A stretch of 64,000 nucleotides of DNA from Octopus vulgaris. Taxonomy: Eukaryota. A program made the position numbers and the translations under genes. Positions 58,085-64,000 of the stretch are shown here, one piece after another. The notes beneath the pieces were generated by a model that saw only the letters and a list, made by a program, of their open reading frames with translations, did not search any database and was not told the DNA's origin. Each line of letters opens with the position of its first letter. Within the stretch, counting starts at the first letter, position 1. Where the stretch lies: positions 77,810,001 through 77,874,000 of the forward strand of contig OX597831.1 of the NCBI GenBank assembly GCA_951406725.2. Reading direction: 5' to 3'.

Positions 58085-58335
58085 TTTCCCCGTCTGTCTT
58101 GATAGACAATGGGTTGCGCCAAGGGTGGGGCCTACTTTGATGATGTGCAGCGTCTGCTGTGACTGAACAGTCCAATTCTAGAGTGGCAGTCCTTGGTACA
58201 GTTGCTGCACACGAACATCGATGGGCACGTGTGGGATGTTGCTGCAGTTTTCCTCCTCCTGTCCCGCCTGTCCAACCACAGCTGTGCTCTCCTCTCCTCA
58301 GCCATGGAAACGCCTTTCCTCACCGTCCGACGCCA
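58085..58335 (-). pseudogene. RTE-clade LINE 3' end
   Basis: WRRTVRKGV...FVCSNCTKDCHSRIGLFSHSRRC followed by 3' UTR ccattgtctatcaagacagacgg. Confidence 0.85.
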
Positions 58336-58382
58336 TATATATATATATGTATGTATGTATATATATATATATACATGTATAT

Positions 58383-58617
58383 AATTAAGAGAAATGACCT
58401 CTATTATGCAATTCAATAGTGAAACACGTTATCCATATTGAATAAAAAAAAAATTTATACACCATAATAAATATTCAAAAATTCAATAAATTTAATAAAC
58501 ATTTACTTTATTGAATTTTTGACTAATATTTATTATAGTATATCAACATTTTTTCAATTTAGTATGCATAATGTTTTTCACTATTGAATTGCTTAATAGA
58601 GGTTATTTCTTTAAATT
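58383..58617. repeat. AT-rich imperfect palindrome (MITE-like)
   Basis: gaaatgacctctattatgcaattcaatagtgaaa vs tttcactattgaattgcttaatagaggttatttc, with symmetry continuing to a centre near 58495. Confidence 0.8.
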
Positions 58618-58702
58618 GAATACATATATTATCTATTGTGAAATTTGATTTAAAATTCCTAAATTGAATTTTTCCCTGTAAGTTTGGAATTATATTCCCT
58701 AC

Positions 58703-58757
<55 letters not shown>

Positions 58758-58806
58758 TATAGTATGAATTTAGATATTGTATGTGGAGGTGCGTGGGTTG
58801 GTGTGG

Positions 58807-58849
<43 letters not shown>

Positions 58850-59489
58850 TGTGTGTTTATATGTATGTTGCTTTTCGCAGGAAGGAAGTTTCTTCGAAGT
58901 ATACGTCTCGCTTTTATCCTTCGAAACGTAGAGTAGATGAAACCTTAGCGACTGAAGAAGGGGATTTTTCGTTGTGCTTATTGTCCTGTATCTCTTTTTT
59001 TCTGTTTTGCTTGTCCTGTTCCTTGGTTTGTGTCTATGTTTTTCGTCTCTCTATGTGTTCGACGTCTTTTTGGTGTCCTGTACACATATATGCGTGTATA
59101 TGTACATGTAGAGGTAGGTACGTACATATATGTTTATATATATGCATATGTTCTATTTTATTAACATATATATATGTATATATATACATGTATATATATA
59201 TTTATATATTTGTGTGTGTGTGTGTGTGTATAAGAGAGGGAGGAAGAGAGTGAATGAGAGAGACTAGTAAAATATGTGTATATTGATGCGCGTGTGTGCG
59301 TGTGTGTATATATGTGTATGTGTGTGCTTGTGTGTGCGTGCGTTTGTGTGATGGTGCATAACAGTGCGTAGCAGTAGACGTGTTTAATGAGATGTTTGTT
59401 TATATAGACAGTACATACCAGACATAGCTCCATAATCTTTCAGCACAAATCAACTACGTTAGGTGTAGAGACAGCCGGAGGGAGGGGGG

Positions 59490-59524
59490 GTAGATAGAAA
59501 GATAGATATATATATGTCTAGAGA

Positions 59525-59560
<36 letters not shown>

Positions 59561-59564
59561 TAGA

Positions 59565-59632
<68 letters not shown>

Positions 59633-59668
59633 CAGACAGGCAGAGAGATAGATAGATAGATAGGTAGG

Positions 59669-59703
<35 letters not shown>

Positions 59704-59708
59704 GTAGG

Positions 59709-59741
<33 letters not shown>

Positions 59742-59770
59742 CGACAGACAGACAGATATATAGATAGATG

Positions 59771-59804
<34 letters not shown>

Positions 59805-59990
59805 CATACATACATACAGACAGACAGACGGATAGATAGATATATAGATAGACAGACAGACAGACAGGCAGATAGATAAATAGATAGATAGATAGACAAA
59901 TAGATAGACAAAGAGATAGACAGAGAGACAGATAGTTAGATTTAGAGAGAGAGAGAGACAGAGAGACAGACAGATAGGCATACAGATAGG

Positions 59991-60024
<34 letters not shown>
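59490..60024. repeat. (GATA)n/(GACA)n compound tract, tail of the adjacent element
   Basis: Direct reading. Confidence 0.95.
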
Positions 60025-60337
60025 TGTTTCTTTATTAGCCACATAGGGCTGCACACAGACGGGACAAATTACAAGGTAGAGCTTTTCGTTTTGGGGATAA
60101 AAAAAGGGGGTTGGTTTTCGATCAAAAGGGATCGTAAAAGGAGAGAAAGAGGAAAGCATAAAAAAGTGGGGGGGGGGGTAAAAATAAAAGGAAAAAGAAA
60201 AAAATCTATCAATAGGGATCGTTATCACAGAAATGTCAATATAAAGTGTAAAGGGGAGGACAGGTGAGGTTTACCCGTGGAAAGAAAAGCCTACGGAAAA
60301 GACCACGGTAACCTCGGTCTATGATGTCACATGTTAT
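60025..60337 (-). mobile_element. Third copy of the (TATC)n-tailed element
   Basis: Reverse complement of 51682-52002. Confidence 0.85.
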
Positions 60338-60744
60338 ATTATTTTTACAAATAAGCAACTCGCTGTATTGAATTTTCCATTTGCAAGATTTGACAGCGGT
60401 GATAGTGAGAGGGTTCCTATTAGTCTTCGAGGTGGCCATGCTATAGCAGTTATAGCTAATTTTCATTCGAATGGGCTGGTGCAGTGTGAAAGGTAATACT
60501 TTGTTCAAGGATACAACACCTCGCCCGGTTCAAGAATCGAACACCCCCCACTACACTATCTTATGGTTGTGAAGCCAACAGCATAACCGCGGGCCCACGT
60601 TATTTTGTAGCCCCTGGTTAAACCTGATCAAGAAGATCTGTAAGCAAAGTATTCCAGCCGTGACCACGCTGTCATTTATATACGCGTATAGGGAATTCCT
60701 AAGACTTCATTTTAAAATCGGTGTGTGGTATAAATGAGAACTTC

Positions 60745-61030
60745 TGAAGTTAGTAAGTTCGATTCCCGGACCGGGCTGTGTGTCGTGTTCTTGAGCAAGA
60801 CACTTGATTTCACATTGCTCCAGTTCACTCAGCTGTAGAAATGATTTGTGACATCAACTGGTGCCAAGCTGTATTGGCCCCTTTGTCTTTCCCTTGGATA
60901 ACATCGGTTGCGTGGAAAGGGGACACTGGTATGCATGGGCGACTGCTGGTCTTCCATAAAATATCTTTGCTCGGACTTGTGCCTCGGAAGGTAACTTTCC
61001 AGGTACAACCCCAGGGTCATTTATCCTTTA
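60745..61030 (+). mobile_element. SINE family D with tail type c
   Basis: Homologous to 30678-31001. Confidence 0.8.
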
Positions 61031-61419
61031 CACTTCACCCTTTCTAGCAGGACTAGTGAGGACATATAAACTCCCGCTTTGGTTCGTGTGGTTGAAAATA
61101 ATGCTTTTGGTAGTCTTGGCTGTTTCTTTTCTTGTTGGTTGTCTAACTGGTTGGTTGAACAATTTGTTGGCTGGTCACTAGGCTGAACAATTCTTTGATG
61201 GCTCAATCGGTCGGTCTACTAGCTGATCAATTGGTCTGCTGGTCATTGTGTTGAATGGTTGGTTGGTTGGTTGGTTGGTTGGCTGGCTGGCTGGCTGGTT
61301 GGTCAGTTGGTCGAGTGGTAATTAACTCAATTGGAATGGTCGTCAATTTGTTGGTCGGTCGGTTGGCAGATCATTTATTTTTTGTTTGTTTGTTTGTTGG
61401 TTGGTTGGTTGGTTTAGAT

Positions 61420-62162
<743 letters not shown>

Positions 62163-62281
62163 TTTTAGACAATTGACAACTATCACTTACAATGTCTCTA
62201 TCATACTAAAGTACTAAAAATGGTACCAGTTATAATAAGAACAAAAGTCATTTATTGGTAGTGGAAGCGGTGTTTGCTTTT

Positions 62282-62631
62282 GAGCGAACGGTCTTCGTCC
62301 CAAAGCTCACAAGATGGGAGAAGTCCGAAACGTGGTCCTTTGCTATTCGTAAGACCCGCAGAAGAGAAAGCAGGTCAACCCCCGACACCGAGAGCATCGA
62401 TGGATGGATGAATGCGCATCCAGGTTCGGCGGTTGCGCAGGAAGTCGGGGACAAGAAACAAGAGTGAGAGAAAGAGTACAGCAGGGCTCGCCACCACTCC
62501 CTGCCGGCGCCTCGTGGAGCTTTAGGTGTTTTTGCTCAATAAACACACACAACGCCCGGTCTGGGAATCGAAACCGCGATCCTCCGATCGCGAGTCCGCT
62601 GCCCTAACCATTGGGCCATTGCGCCTCCACT
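62282..62631 (-). mobile_element. SINE family C head with tail type d
   Basis: Head reverse complement agtggaggcgcaatggcccaatggttagggcagcggactcgcg; TSD ggtgtttgct(t/a)tt at 62269-62281 and 62632-62644. Confidence 0.88.
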
Positions 62632-62722
62632 GGTGTTTGCTATTCAAACAGGTGTGTGATCCAAAGCATATTATGTGTGTATTAATCTCTCACTTAACAA
62701 CCTCCCAACGGCCTTTCACGAA

Positions 62723-62857
62723 ACGGTCTCTCGCTTTACGGTCTCTCACTTAACGATCTCTCGCTCAGCGGTTTCTCGCTTAACGGTCTCTCGCCTCACG
62801 GTTTCTAGCTTAACAGCCTCTAACTTTACGGTTCTTTACTCAAGGGTCCCTCGCTTA
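62723..62857. repeat. 15-bp minisatellite (consensus acggtctctcgctta), about 9 copies
   Basis: Successive units acggtctctcgcttt, acggtctctcactta, acgatctctcgctca, etc. Confidence 0.85.
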
Positions 62858-63217
62858 ATGCTCTCTCTCTCTCGTTTAATGTTATCTCACATTAGAACCA
62901 AATATGTCGTTATGCCGAGAAAGCATTCATTGCTCATATTACCAAAATAATGCACGATTCCAAGTGGTAGGGCCATCACAACCAAACAACCACCAGGCAC
63001 GACGACCACGTGTACTACCACCACTACCACCATCAGGACAACCACCACCGCCACCACTACCAACACAACAACCAGCATCACTCCGCCATCATCATCATCA
63101 TCATCATCATCATCATTGTCATCAAATCAACTGCAGCCATTACTACCACGTGCTTCGTAAAATCTGTAGCTTTTTGTCTTTTTAACTGAACGACGCCCTT
63201 ACAGCACAACCCTACTA

Positions 63218-63256
<39 letters not shown>

Positions 63257-63636
63257 TTGTTGTTGTTATTATGTGTTATTACATTACAAGAACGGATCAA
63301 TTGCTGTGCTGCTACCATTATTATGAAACAAGACGTACAGTGATCACCGTTATTAGCGACATTGTTATCAACGCCTCATTGACAGGAAGACGACGACGAC
63401 GATGACGACGACGACTATGACGACGACGACGACGACGACTATGACGGCGGCGACGGCGGCGATGACATGGTGGTGACGGCGGCGACTGCGGCGGCGGCGG
63501 CGGTGGCGGCGGCGGCGGCGGTTGTCATTTAATTCTTGTTATGACGAGACTCGGTTGTTTGTTTTAGTTGCTTTCTGTTTACAGACACAACAAACACTAA
63601 GCAAGCACTAACTATACTTAAATAGGCGCGGGTGGC

Positions 63637-63950
63637 GGTGTGGTGTGGTGTGGTGTGGTGTGGTGTGGTGTGGTGTGGTGTGGTGTGGTGTGGTGTGGTG
63701 TGGTGTGGTGTGGTGTGGTGTGGTGTGGTGTGGTGTGGTGTGGTGTGGTGTGGTGTGGTGTGGTGTGGTGTGGTGTGGTGTGGTGTGGTGTGGAGCGGTG
63801 TGGTGTGGTGTGGTGTGGTGTGGTGTGGTGTGGTGTGGTGTGGTGTGGTGTGGTGTGGTGTGGTGTGGTGTGGTGTGGTGTGGTGTGGTGTGGTGTGGTG
63901 TGGTGTGGTGTGGTGTGGTGTGGTGTGGTGTGGTGTGGTGTGGTGTGGTG
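63637..63950. repeat. (GGTGT)n pentanucleotide tract
   Basis: Direct reading; one variant unit near 63793. Confidence 0.98.
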
Positions 63951-64000
63951 GGCGTGGGTGTGGGTGTGGGCCAAGGTTGTGCGCTTAAGAAGCTTATCTT

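Noticed and set aside
62308-62342. Hammerhead in SINE tail (gga-gaag-tcc-gaaacgtggtc)
   Set aside because: No CUGAnGA core, and it is antisense to the SINE

Overview
AT-rich, microsatellite-saturated eukaryotic DNA, intergenic or intronic. The SINE families and repeat landscape look like an octopod cephalopod genome; that assignment is inferred, not verified by search. I can support no intact protein-coding gene, tRNA, rRNA or CRISPR array, and almost all supplied ORFs are simple-repeat artefacts. The window holds: at least four tRNA-headed SINE families with swapped head and tail modules; MITEs (Tc1/mariner, hAT, and a 772-bp foldback carrying telomere-like repeats); decayed RTE, R4/Dong-like, Penelope-like and hAT coding fragments; and a family of short elements ending in (TA)n or (CA)n that carry minimal hammerhead ribozyme motifs. 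The most notable signals are the hammerhead-bearing elements, the pairing of particular retroelements with particular microsatellite motifs, a headless (TATC)n-tailed element that shares its 3' end with a SINE, and several (TA)n-centred palindromes. Boundaries of decayed copies are approximate.
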